The translations under genes were made by a program, and so were the position numbers. A stretch of DNA of 64,000 nt, from positions 112,656,001-112,720,000 of the forward strand of contig NC_086108.1 of the NCBI RefSeq assembly GCF_963921235.1, written 5' to 3'. This DNA comes from Mobula hypostoma. Its lineage: Eukaryota. Each line of letters begins with the position of its first letter. Position 1 is the first letter of the stretch. Below, piece by piece: positions 1 through 10,139 of the stretch. The notes beneath the pieces were generated by a model. The model was not told the DNA's origin and ran no database searches. It worked only from the letters and a program-made list of their open reading frames with translations.

Positions 1-124
1 GTCAGCCCCTCCCCCACCCCCTCTATTGCCCCGTCACTGCACTGTAAACACTTTAAACCAGTTGTAAATACATGCTGGATGTGTTTATACACACCATTCT
101 ATAACCGTATTTTAACGGACATCT

Positions 125-290
125 TGCAGTGACGGGAAATATTGATGGAAGAAAAAGCCACACATGACATTCGTGAAGGGATGAACAGGCAAAAGTTTTG
201 AAGAGCTTATTAGAACTTCTCAGATTAAAGACAGGTGGAAGACCATGATCGCCCACATCACTACGACAGATTAGAACGATGACGACGATG
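125..290 (+). mobile_element. RTE-clade LINE 3' end fragment (decayed)
   Basis: Ends ggaagaccatgatcgcccacatc...gatgacgacgatg (W-K-T-M-I-A-H-like C-terminus plus short tri-nucleotide tail), as in RTE 3' ends. Confidence 0.45.
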
Positions 291-792
291 TACTTTAACA
301 TCTAACTTTATATTTTATACAATTCCTTGTAATAGTTGAATGTTGTTTTTTGTTGCATGTTGTGTCCTGACCAACACACCAGAGCAAATTCCGAATCCAG
401 GTAAATGTGTGTGCTGAATGAAGTTGATCCACGATGACAGATCGGAGATTTCCATCGGTTCTGTTTGGACACCACCCTCTGAGCATTCTCAGCTCAGCAA
501 CATCTCCGTTTTAATGCCCTCACCTTTATCCCTCCACTTCTGAAAACACACCCGGCTCGAAACCTCAGTGTGGCTCGCGATGCTACGAAGGCTTGGGAGC
601 ACAGAGCACCCAGCTCAAGGACAGCTTCTACCCCACTGTGATAAGACCATTGAACAAACCTCTTGAACAATTAAGATGGACCCTTGATCTCGCAATCTAC
701 CTCATTACGGCTTTCTGTCTGCACCGCACCTTCTCTGTAACTATAACACTTTATTCTGCATTCTGTTTTTGTTTTACCTTGTAAAAATAAAG

Positions 793-1100
793 TGGGCACG
801 TGGCCAAGTGGTTAAGGTATTGGACTAGTGACCTGAAGGTCATGAGTTCGAGCCCCAGCTGAGGCAACGTGTTGTGTCGTTGAGCAAGGCACTTAATCAC
901 ACAGTGCTCTGCGATGACACCGGTGCCAAGCTGTATGGGTCCTAATGCCTTCCCTTGGACAACATTGGTGTCGTGGAGAAAGGAGACTTGCAGCATGGGC
1001 AACTGCCGGTCTTCCATACAACCTTGCCCAGGCCTGCGCCCTGGACAGTGAAGAATTTCCAGGCACAGATCCACGGTCTCGCAAGACTAACAGATGCCTT
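793..1100 (+). mobile_element. tRNA-derived SINE with CORE-like central domain
   Basis: Pol III A-box tggccaagtgg and B-box gttcgagcc, followed by ttgagcaaggcacttaa; same head recurs at 42877. Confidence 0.75.
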
Positions 1101-1104
1101 TTAT

Positions 1105-1400
1105 TTGTAAAGATAAAGATTAGTTCTATTTGTCACTTGTACGTTGAAACAGTGAAATGTGTCATTTGCATCAACAACGAACACAGTCTGAGGATGTGCT
1201 GGGGACAGCCCACAAGCGCTGTCATAGCAAGCCCACAACTCACTAACTCTAACGCGTTCAGCTTTCGACTGTGGGAGGAAACCAGAGCACCTGGAGGAAA
1301 CCCACGTGGTCCTGGGGAGAACATACAAACTCCTTGCAGACCGAGGCGGGAATCAAATTCCAACCATTGATTGTGGTGCTGTGAAGTGTTGTGCTAACCG
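1105..1400 (-). mobile_element. V-SINE (HE1-like)
   Basis: Reverse complement of the V-domain (gtttgtatgttctcccc...gtgggtttcctccaggtgctctggtttcctcccacagtc); many similar copies in the window. Confidence 0.7.
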
Positions 1401-1649
1401 TGACACAACTGGACCACCCCTTTGTACCATGTTAGCACACCGTGCAATGAACTGATCCGTATGAATAACACCAACAAAAGCTGTTGAGTCTATCTTTGTC
1501 TGTGTGACAATAATAAACACATTTCCAATCATTTCTCACCAGTTTGAAAACACTCCCTCACCAGATGGCTATATTTTCAGCCACCTGGCCTCTGAGCTCC
1601 GGAATTCTATCCCTGGGCCTCACAGCGTCTTCACGCTTTTCTTTATTAA

Positions 1650-1860
1650 GAAACACAAGAGATTCTGCAGATGCTGAAATTCTTGAGCAACACACACAAA
1701 ATGCTGGAGGAACTCAGCAGTCAGGCAGCATCTCCAGAGAGGAAAAAATAGACAACGTTTCGGATCCTGATGAAGGGTCTCGGCCGGAAATGTCGACTGT
1801 TAATTTCTTTCTGTAGGTGCTACCTGACTTGCTGAGATTCTCCAGCATTCGTGTTGTTCT
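1650..1860. mobile_element. Miniature fold-back of two PLE 3' tails joined at a hammerhead motif
   Basis: 1650-1763 is a minus-strand PLE tail; 1764-1860 is a plus-strand tail starting atcCTGATGAagggtctcggccgGAAAtgtcgact. Confidence 0.7.
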
Positions 1861-1870
1861 ATGTTCTATA

Positions 1871-2334
1871 TACTGTTCCCTCTAAGCTATGTGGCTGCAC
1901 AGCTACACAGTAACTGAAATGCCCCCATGCACATACCCTTTGTTACCACACAGCTGGAATATTTTTTCAGGTAATGTTAATATAATTTTGAAATCTATGT
2001 CAATACAATTGTGAAATACCATGTAATTAGTTGTGTTAATGTATATATTTCATAATTTTTCTAAATACTAAATGTACCACAATGTTTATTTTGAAACATT
2101 TTAGAGCTTCAGTGTATTTACATGGTCAGTATTTCAAGTTACAGACTGTTGCAATAAACACAGAATGGAAGTCAGTTGCTCATTGTTAATAAACTGTTGG
2201 CCCACTGAATGCTGACACAGTCTACAAAACAAAAAACACTTAAAAGTACCACACAATTTTCAGGCCGTGTAAAAATTTTCTGCTCAGAACAATGGTTGGC
2301 CCTCGCAGTTTAACAAAAATGAGAGGGAGCGCTG
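1871..2334. mobile_element. hAT-like MITE (decayed)
   Basis: Imperfect terminal inverted repeats tactgttccctcta / gagagggagcgctg around an AT-rich non-coding interior. Confidence 0.45.
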
Positions 2335-2489
2335 GTTACCTCTGTAGGAGGCCGGCTGTTATGCCCTCTTCTATTTTCTGCTTTGAGGCTTCGGAAACAG
2401 AATTGGTTTGTTATTGTCACATGTAGCGAGATGCTGTGGAAAACCTGTCCACAGTGACCGGGTGAGAGGGGAGAAATTCACTTAGAGAT

Positions 2490-2722
2490 AAGTGTGGATC
2501 AGAACCAGGCCACCTAGCAACCCTCTGATTAACCCTGGCTTAATCACGGGACAATTTTCAATGACCAGTTAACCTACTAACCAGCATGGCTTTGGACAGA
2601 GAGGAAACCGGAGTAATCCCACACGCTCACAGGGAGAACGTATAGATTCCTTAGAGATGGCACCGGAATCGAACTCAGAACTCCAAAAGAAACGCGCTAA
2701 CCACTTCGCTACCGTGACGCCC
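2490..2722 (-). mobile_element. V-SINE (HE1-like)
   Basis: Reverse-complement V-domain and tRNA-like head (ggcgtcacggtagcgaagtggttagc). Confidence 0.65.
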
Positions 2723-3028
2723 ATATAAAAGGAACCAGAGAGGGTGGTCTGTATATGGAACGACCTGCCAGAGGAACTGTTTGAGACAGGAACATTAACA
2801 ACATTTAAAAGGCAGTTAGACAGATTCAGGGTTAGGAAAGGTTCAGATGAATATGTGCCAAATGCAGGCAAGTTTTTAGCTGGCACAGCACTGTAGTGGT
2901 TAGCATAATGCTATTACAGTCCCACTGCTGTCTGAAAGGAGTTAGAATTCACCCCGTGACTGGGACTCGGTGTGTTTCCTCCAGGTGTTCAGGTTTCCTC
3001 CCACATTCCAAAGATGTACGATTAGGGC

Positions 3029-3776
3029 AACACACATCAAAGTTGCTGGTGAACGCAGCAGGCCAGGCAGCATCTGTAGGAAGAGGTACAGTCGACGTTT
3101 CGGGCCGAGACCCTTCGTCAGGACTAACTGAAGGAAGAGTTAGCCAGAGATTTGAAAGTGGGAGGGGGAGATCCAAAATGATAGGAGAAGACAGGAGGGG
3201 GAGGGATGGAGCCAAGAGCTGGACAGGTGATTGGCAAAAGGGATACGAGAGGATCATGGGACAGGAGGCCCAGGGAGAAGGATAAGAGGGAGGGGGGAAA
3301 AACCCAGAGGATGGGCAAGGGGTATAGTCAGAGGGACAGAGGGAGAAAAAGGAGAGAGAGAGAAAGAACGTGTATATAAATAAATAACGGATGAGGTACG
3401 AGGGGGAGGTGGGGCATTAGCGGAAGTTAGAGAAGTCAATGTTCATGCCGTCAGGTTGGAGGCTACCCAGACAGAATCTAAGGTGTTGTTTGGACCTCCT
3501 GTTCCATGATCCTCTCATATCCCTTTTGCCAATCACCTGTCCAGCTCTTGGTTCCATCCCTCCCCCTCCTGTCTTCTCCTATCATTTTGGATCTCCTCCT
3601 CCCCCTCCCACTTTCAAATCTCTTACTAGCTCTTCCTTCAGTTAGTCCTGACGAAGGGTCTCGGCCCAAAACGTCGACTGTACCTCTTCCTAGAGATGCT
3701 GCCTGGCCTGCTGCGTTCACCAGCAACTTTCATGTGTGTTGCTTGAATTTCCAGCATCTGCAGATTTCCTGTTGTT
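3029..3776. mobile_element. Penelope-like element: head-to-head pair of 3' fragments (non-coding)
   Basis: Minus arm 3029-3490, plus arm 3492-3776; 12-bp TSD tacgattagggc at 3017-3028 and 3777-3788. Confidence 0.9.
3090..3125 (-). ncRNA. Minimal type-I hammerhead ribozyme motif, intact core
   Basis: Reverse complement agtc-CTGACGA-a-gggt(ctcg)gccc-GAAACGTC-gact: stem I agtc/gact, CUGANGA, stem II, GAAA, palindromic ACGU in place of stem III, GUC cleavage triplet. Confidence 0.85.
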
Positions 3777-4220
3777 TACGATTAGGGCTGGTGAGTTGTG
3801 GCTGTGCTATCTTGGTGCCAAAAGCAGGGTGACACTGATGGGCTACCCCCAGCGCAACCTCGGACTATGACACAAATGATGCATTTCACTATGTTTTGAT
3901 GTTTCGACGTACACGGGACAAGTAAAGATAATCTTCTAATCCTTCTATCCGAGTCTGCAGCTGACACTTGCCTAGCCTCTTGCTCCTGGCCTGAAGCTTT
4001 GCGGCAGCTGCACGTTCCTGGAATTTGGCCCCAGTGACCTTGCACGTTTCAATTAATCTCCCTTCTATTTCTGTAACTTTACTGGACTCCCTCCAAGGGG
4101 AAAGGTGAAGGCTGTAAAACTTAAACAACAGGAATTCTGCAGATGCTGGAAATTCAAGCAACATACATCAAAGTTGCTGGTGAACGCAGCAGGCCAAGCA
4201 GCATCTATAGGAAGAGGCGC

Positions 4221-4256
4221 AGTCAACGTTTCAGGCCGAGACTCTTCGTCAGGACT
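4221..4256 (-). ncRNA. Minimal hammerhead motif (GUU triplet variant)
   Basis: Reverse complement agtcCTGACGAagagtctcggcctGAAACGTTgact. Confidence 0.7.
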
Positions 4257-4550
4257 AACTGAAGGAAGAGTGAGTAAGGGATTTGAAAGCTGGAGGGGGA
4301 GGGGGAGATGCAAAATGATAGGAGAAGACAGGAGGGGGAGGGATAGAGCCGAGAGCTGGACAGGTGATAGGCAAAAGGGGATACGAGAGGATCATGGGAC
4401 AGGAGGCCTAGGGAGAAAGACGGGGGGGGGGGTGACCCAGAGGATGGGCAAGAGGTATATTCAGAGGGACAGAGGGAGAAAAAGGAGAGTGAGAGAAAGA
4501 ATGTGTGCATAAAAAGGAGTAACAGATGGGGTACGAGGGGGAGGTGGGGC

Positions 4551-5600
4551 CTAGCGGAAGTTAGAGAAGTCAATGTTCATGCCATCAGGTTGGAGGCTAC
4601 CCAGACGGAATATAAGGTGTTGTTCCTCCAACCTGAGTGTGGCTTCATCTTTACAGTAGAAGAGGCCGTGGATAGACATGTCAGAATGGGAATGGGATGT
4701 GGAATTAAAATGTGTGGCCACTGGGAGATCCTGCTTTCTCTGGCGGACAGAGCGTAGGTGTTCAGCAAAGCGGTCTCCCAGTCTGCGTCGGGTCTCACCA
4801 ATATATAAAAGGCCACATCGGGAGCACCGGACGCAGTATATCACCCCAGTCGACTCACAGGTGAAGTGATGCCTCACCTGGAAGGACTGTTTGGGGCCCT
4901 GAATGGTGGTAAGGGAGGAAGTGTAAGGGCATGTGTAGCACTTGTTCCGCTTACACGGATATGTGCCAGGAGGGAGATCAGTGGGGAGGGATGGGGGGGA
5001 CGAATGGACAAGGGAGTTGTGTAGGGAGCGATCCCTGTGGAATGCAGAGAGAGGGGGGGAGGGAAAGATGTGCTTAGTGGTGGGATCCCGTTGGAGGTGG
5101 CGGAAGTTACGGAGAATAATATGTTGGACCCGGAGGCTGGTGGGGTGGTAGGTGAGGACCAGGGGAACCCTATTCCTAGTGGGGTGGTGGGAGGATGGAG
5201 TGAGAGCAGATGTACGTGAAATGGAGGAGATGCGTTTAAGAGCAGAGTTGATAGTGGAGGAAGGGAAGCCCCTTTCTTTAAAAAATGAAGACATCTCCCT
5301 CGTCCTAGAATGAAAAGCCTCATCCTGAGAGCAGATGCGGCGGAGACGGAGGAATTGCGAGAAGGGGATGGCGTTTTTGCAAGAGACAGGGTGAGAAGAG
5401 GAATAGTCCAGATAGCTGTGAGAGTCAGTAGGCTTATAGTAGATATCAGTGGGTAAGCTGTCTCCAGAGACAGAGACAGAAAGATCTAGAAAGGGGAGGG
5501 AGGTGTCGGAAATAGACCAGGTAAACTTGAGGGCAGGGTGAAAGTTGGAGGCAAAGTTAATAAAGTCAACGAGTTCTGCATGCGTGCAGGAAGCAGCGCC
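4551..5600 (-). CDS. PLE ORF C-terminal part (RT thumb, Cys linker, GIY-YIG endonuclease), inverted arm
   Basis: Open frame nearly identical to the C-terminal ~350 aa of ORF 5538-7391; GVIYCVRC..LYIGET motif. Confidence 0.9.
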   Translation of the reverse strand, partial: GAASCTHAELVDFINFASNFHPALKFTWSISDTSLPFLDLSVSVSGDSLPTDIYYKPTDSHSYLDYSSSHPVSCKNAIPFSQFLRLRRICSQDEAFHSRTREMSSFFKERGFPSSTINSALKRISSISRTSALTPSSHHPTRNRVPLVLTYHPTSLRVQHIILRNFRHLQRDPTTKHIFPSPPLSAFHRDRSLHNSLVHSSPPSLPTDLPPGTYPCKRNKCYTCPYTSSLTTIQGPKQSFQVRHHFTCESTGVIYCVRCSRCGLLYIGETRRRLGDRFAEHLRSVRQRKQDLPVATHFNSTSHSHSDMSIHGLFYCKDEATLRLEEQHLIFRLGSLQPDGMNIDFSNFR

Positions 5601-7391
5601 GATAAGGGGGGTGCTGTTGTAGTCTGGCGTACTGACCTCTACCTTGCCGAGGCACAGCGACAACTCGCGGATACCTCCTCTTATTTACCCCTCGATCGTG
5701 ACCCCACCAAGGAGCACCAGGCCATTGTCTCCCACACTATCAACGACTTTATCCGCTCAGGGGATCTCCCATCCACTGCTACCAACCTTATAGTTCCCAC
5801 ACCCCGCACTTCCCGTTTCTACCTCCTACCCAAGATCCACAAACCTGCCTGTCCTGGCCGACCTATTGTCTCAGCTTGCTCCTGCCCCACCGAACTCGTT
5901 TCTGCATACCTCGACACTGTTTTATCACCCCTTGTTCAATCCCTTCCCACCTATGTTCGTGACACTTCTCACGCTCTTAAACTTTTCGATGATTTTAAGT
6001 TCCCTGGCCCCCACCGCTTTATTTTCACCATGGATGTCCAGTCCTTATATACTTCCATCCCCCATCAGGAAGGTCTCAAAGCTCTACGCTTCTTTTTGGA
6101 TTCCAGACCTAATCAGTTCCCCTCTACCACCACTCTGCTCCGTCTAGCGGAATTAGTCCTTACTCTTAATAATTTCTCCTTTTGCTCCTCCCATTTCCTC
6201 CAAACTAAAGGTGTAGCTATGGGCGCCCGTATGGGTCCTAGCTATGCCTGCCTTTTTGTTGGGTTTGTGGAACAATCTATGTTCCGTGCCTATTCTGGTA
6301 TCTGTCCCCCACTTTTCCTTCGCTATATCGACGACTGCATTGGCGCTGCTTCCTGCACGCATGCAGAACTTGTTGACTTTATTAACTTTGCCTCCAACTT
6401 TCACCCTGCCCTCAAGTTTACCTGGTCTATTTCCGACACCTCCCTCCCCTTTCTAGATCTTTCTGTCTCTGTCTCTGGAGACAGCTTATCCACTGATATC
6501 TACTATAAGCCTACTGACTCTCACAGCTATCTGGACTATTCCTCTTCTCACCCTGTCTCTTGCAAAAACGCCATCCCCTTCTCGCAATTCCTCCGTCTCC
6601 GCCGCATCTGCTCTCAGGATGAGGCTTTTCATTCTAGGACGAGGGAGATGTCTTCATTTTTTAAAGAAAGGGGCTTCCCTTCCTCCACTATCAACTCTGC
6701 TCTTAAACGCATCTCCTCCATTTCACGTACATCTGCTCTCACTCCATCCTCCCACCACCCCACTAGGAATAGGGTTCCCCTGGTCCTCACCTACCACCCC
6801 ACCAGCCTCCGGGTCCAACATATTATTCTCCGTAACTTCCGCCACCTCCAACGGGATCCCACCACTAAGCACATCTTTCCCTCCCCCCCTCTCTCTGCAT
6901 TCCGCAGGGATCGCTCCCTACACAACTCCCTTGTCCATTCGTCCCCCCCATCCCTCCCCACTGATCTCCCTCCTGGCACTTATCCGTGTAAGCGGAACAA
7001 GTGCTACACATGCCCTTACACTTCCTCCCTTACCACCATTCAGGGCCCCAAACAGTCCTTCCAGGTGAGGCATCACTTCACCTGTGAGTCGACTGGGGTG
7101 ATATACTGCGTCCGGTGCTCCCGATGTGGCCTTTTATATATTGGTGAGACCCGACGCAGACTGGGAGACCGCTTTGCTGAACACCTACGCTCTGTCCGCC
7201 AGAGAAAGCAGGATCTCCCAGTGGCCACACATTTTAATTCCACATCCCATTCCCATTCTGACATGTCTATCCACGGCCTCCTCTACTGTAAAGATGAAGC
7301 CACACTCAGGTTGGAGGAACAACACCTTATATTCCGTCTGGGTAGCCTCCAACCTGATGGCATGAACATTGACTTCTCTAACTTCCGCTAG
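5598..7391 (+). CDS. PLE reverse transcriptase + GIY-YIG endonuclease, 5'-truncated, uninterrupted frame
   Basis: ADKGG, PKIHK, FTMDVQSLYTSIP, QTKGVAMG, FLRYIDD RT motifs; CKRNKCYTC...FTCES cysteine linker typical of the Neptune clade; VIY...YIGET...R..EH nuclease. Confidence 0.95.
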   Translation, partial: ADKGGAVVVWRTDLYLAEAQRQLADTSSYLPLDRDPTKEHQAIVSHTINDFIRSGDLPSTATNLIVPTPRTSRFYLLPKIHKPACPGRPIVSACSCPTELVSAYLDTVLSPLVQSLPTYVRDTSHALKLFDDFKFPGPHRFIFTMDVQSLYTSIPHQEGLKALRFFLDSRPNQFPSTTTLLRLAELVLTLNNFSFCSSHFLQTKGVAMGARMGPSYACLFVGFVEQSMFRAYSGICPPLFLRYIDDCIGAASCTHAELVDFINFASNFHPALKFTWSISDTSLPFLDLSVSVSGDSLSTDIYYKPTDSHSYLDYSSSHPVSCKNAIPFSQFLRLRRICSQDEAFHSRTREMSSFFKERGFPSSTINSALKRISSISRTSALTPSSHHPTRNRVPLVLTYHPTSLRVQHIILRNFRHLQRDPTTKHIFPSPPLSAFRRDRSLHNSLVHSSPPSLPTDLPPGTYPCKRNKCYTCPYTSSLTTIQGPKQSFQVRHHFTCESTGVIYCVRCSRCGLLYIGETRRRLGDRFAEHLRSVRQRKQDLPVATHFNSTSHSHSDMSIHGLLYCKDEATLRLEEQHLIFRLGSLQPDGMNIDFSNFR

Positions 7392-7685
7392 GCCCCACCT
7401 CCCCCTCGTACCCCATCTGTTACTCCTTTTTATGCACACATTCTTTCTCTCACTCTCCTTTTTCTCCCTCTGTCCCTCTGAATATACCTCTTGCCCATCC
7501 TCTGGGTCACCCCCCCCCTTGTCTTTCTTCCCGGACCTCCTGTCCCATGATCCTCTCGTATCCCCTTTTGCCAATCACCTGTCCAGCTCTTGGCTCCATC
7601 CCTCCCCCTCCTGTCTTCTCCTATCATTTTGGATCTCCTCCTCCCCCTCCAGCTTTCAAATCCCTTACTCACTCTTCCTTCAGTT

Positions 7686-7721
7686 AGTCCTGACGAAGGG
7701 TCTCGGCCTGAAACGTCGACT
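7686..7721 (+). ncRNA. Minimal type-I hammerhead ribozyme motif, intact core
   Basis: agtcCTGACGAagggtctcggcctGAAACGTCgact, about 295 nt after the PLE stop codon. Confidence 0.85.
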
Positions 7722-7802
7722 GCGCCTCTTCCTAGAGATGCTGCTTGACCTGCTGCGTTCACCAGCAACTTTGATGTGTGTAGGCTGTAAAACTGACGGC
7801 AG

Positions 7803-7816
7803 CCACTAGGGGGAGC
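7803..7816 (+). promoter_or_regulatory. CTCF-like motif
   Basis: ccactagggggagc, close to CCASYAGRKGGCRS, in unique sequence. Confidence 0.35.
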
Positions 7817-8109
7817 TTGTGGCCAATAACAGCCCTTCCCTGCATCAGCCAGAACTTCCCAACTCCAGCACCCCTGGATGCTGCCATCACAGAGAGCGAA
7901 GCATTGTGCTGGTCAGCGTGGGGTCAAGAGCCAGGGGTCAGAGGGAAGAGAGAATACAGGAGGGGGAAGGAGAGGGGTGAGGGGCAGAAGGGGAGGGAGG
8001 GAAAAACAGTGAGAGAGGGGAAGAGGGACAAAAGAGGGAGACACAGAAAGTGATGGAGTTATAGAACACTACTGCACAGAAGCAGACACTTTGGCCCATC
8101 TAGTCTAGG

Positions 8110-8480
8110 CAGACAGACAATGAGGTGCAAGATCATAACAAGGTATTTGCAAGGTAAACAGTCCAACTAATCATACTAAGGAGCTGTTCAAGAGTCTTTT
8201 ACAGCAGAATAGAGGGTTTCCTTGAGCCTGGTGGTATGTGCTTTCAGGTTTTTGTATCTTCTGCCTGATGTGGGTGTGGGGAGGGGGGTTAGAAGAGAGA
8301 ACGTCCGGGGTGGGTGCGGTTTTGATTATGCTGGCTGCTTTACTGAGGCAGTGAGAAGTGTAGACAGAGTCTGCGGAGGGGAGGCTGGTTTCCGTGATGT
8401 GCTGAGCTCTGTCCACAACCCCCTGCGGTTTCTCGCGGTCACGGGCAGAGCAGTTGCCGTCCCAAGCCGTGATGCATCAA
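8110..8480 (-). mobile_element. Rex1/Babar-like LINE 3' fragment
   Basis: AQHITETSLPSADSVYTSHCLSKAASIIK C-terminal motif and shared 3' UTR. Confidence 0.65.
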
Positions 8481-9829
8481 GACAGCTGCGGAGGCCAAAT
8501 CCTTGGGTATATTTAAAGAGGTGATTGATGGCTCATTGGTTAGTAAAGTGTGTCAGAGGTTTCAAAGCTATATTTAATGTCAGAGAAATGTAAACAATAT
8601 ATATTCTGAAATACTTTTTCTTTGCAAGCATCCCCGGAAACAATGGAGTGCCCCAAAGGATGAATGACAATTAAATGCTAGAACCCAAAGCCCCCCCAGC
8701 TCTCCCCTCACACATTAACAGCAGAAAAGCAACAACCTCCCTCCCCCACCAGCAAAAGAGCATCTGTGCCCTCCACCGAGCACTCGTGTGCAGCAGAGCA
8801 TCAATAAAGACACAGACTTGCAGTACCCCAAAGATTACTGATTCACCTAGTATTCAACATACCACAGGCTCTCTCTCCCCCAATAAAGGAAAAAGAGATG
8901 TCTCCGTTTCACAGTGAGAGTGGAGACATAAACAACTCGCTGATTTACAATGTTAAAAGTCCATTGTGTCGCCTTTTCTGAGCTCTGTGCCCAAAGAACT
9001 CGGGTTTCTGGGCGCATAGCCGGAGATCTTCCATTTCCCACGGTTACAGGGAGAAGGCATGAGAGTGGGGTTGATTAAATGACAGAGCGGACTTGATGGG
9101 CCAAATGGCCTATCTCTATACCAATGTCTTACGGTTGGATGATAGAATGCTTTCTCTGATGGATTGAAGGTGCTTAATAAAAACAAGGTTTCACAGAATC
9201 TTTCTGAGCAAAAATCACATTAGGGAGACAGACGAACTGTTCCAGGACAACCTGAGGGGAAAGAACGAGAAAGTGCGGTGGCAGCCCGCAAGTGTCATCG
9301 TGCTTTTGGGGGCAACATAACCTGCCCGTAACTGACTAATCCTAACCCCTCAGCACATGTCAAAAGGATAAACCAACGATCCAAATTTAAAACACAAACA
9401 AAGTCATAGAACACTACAGCACAGAAACTGGCCTTCAGCCCATCTAGTCTGTGCCAAACCATTGGGCTGCCCAGTCCCATTGACGTGCACCCAGACCAGA
9501 GCTCTCCATAGCCCTCCCATCCATGTACCTATCCAAACTTCTCCTAAATGTTGAAATGGAACCTACATCCAACACTTATACTAGCAGTTTGTTCCACACT
9601 CTCACTACCCTCCGAGTGAAGAAGTTTCCCCTCAGGTTGCCCTTAAACAGTTCATCTTTCTGCCATATGTGGTGATTTTTGTCCAGAAAAATTCTGTGAA
9701 TATCTCATCTTTAAATATACCTTCGACAATAAGCTCTTGCAAACCATTACGCCTTGTGAGAGAACATCTGTTGGTCACTTTTTCTCAGAAATGGCGGATA
9801 CGGCCCCATCCATCACAGGAACAAAGTCT

Positions 9830-10110
9830 TTGAACAAGGTTGAAAGGGTACTAAGAAAATTTACAAGCGCGTTGTTGGGTCTGGAGGTCATGAGTTACAA
9901 GAAAGACTGAATAGGTTAGGACTGTATACTTTAGAATGTAGAAGATTGAGAGGAGATTTGATAGAGGTATACAAAATTATGAGAAGTATACATAGGGTAA
10001 ATGCAAACAGACTTTCTCCACTGTGGTTGGGTGGGACTACAACCAGTGGTCATAGGTTAAGGGTGAAAGGTGAAGTGTTTAAGGGGAACACGATGGGAAA
10101 CTTCTTCACT
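9830..10110 (+). mobile_element. CR1 LINE 3' fragment
   Basis: RLRGDLIEVYKIM...GHRLRVKG C-terminal ORF2 motif. Confidence 0.75.
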
Positions 10111-10139
10111 CAGTTCAAAGTTAGCACTGCACTAGGTAA

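Larger units (their letters stand above)
2880..3940 (+). mobile_element. V-SINE split by a PLE fold-back insertion
   Basis: Head and V-domain at 2880-3028 resume at 3777 after the duplicated 12-mer tacgattagggc. Confidence 0.7.
4122..7781. mobile_element. Penelope-like retroelement (Neptune-type), 5'-truncated, with inverted 3' arm; one insertion
   Basis: Minus arm 4122-5600, plus arm 5597-7781; 13-bp TSD aggctgtaaaact at 4109-4121 and 7782-7794. Confidence 0.95.

Noticed and set aside
524..539. 16-nt micro-exon candidate on the minus strand
   Set aside because: Splice-like signals only; weak polypyrimidine tract; no supporting context
793..870. tRNA gene
   Set aside because: tRNA-like head continues into a SINE body; no proper acceptor stem or terminator
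2949..3832. Recurrent small ORFs containing SVSPDEGSRPETST / MLVNAAGQAAS
   Set aside because: These are translations of the hammerhead-bearing PLE UTR on either strand, not a protein family
5538..5663. N-terminal extensions of ORFs 5538-7391 and 4551-5663
   Set aside because: Chance read-through across the inversion junction into antisense sequence
9132..9251. Minus-strand exon candidate (cccctcag|GTTGTC...|gtaaga)
   Set aside because: Stops in all three frames, and the acceptor belongs to a CR1-like inverted duplication
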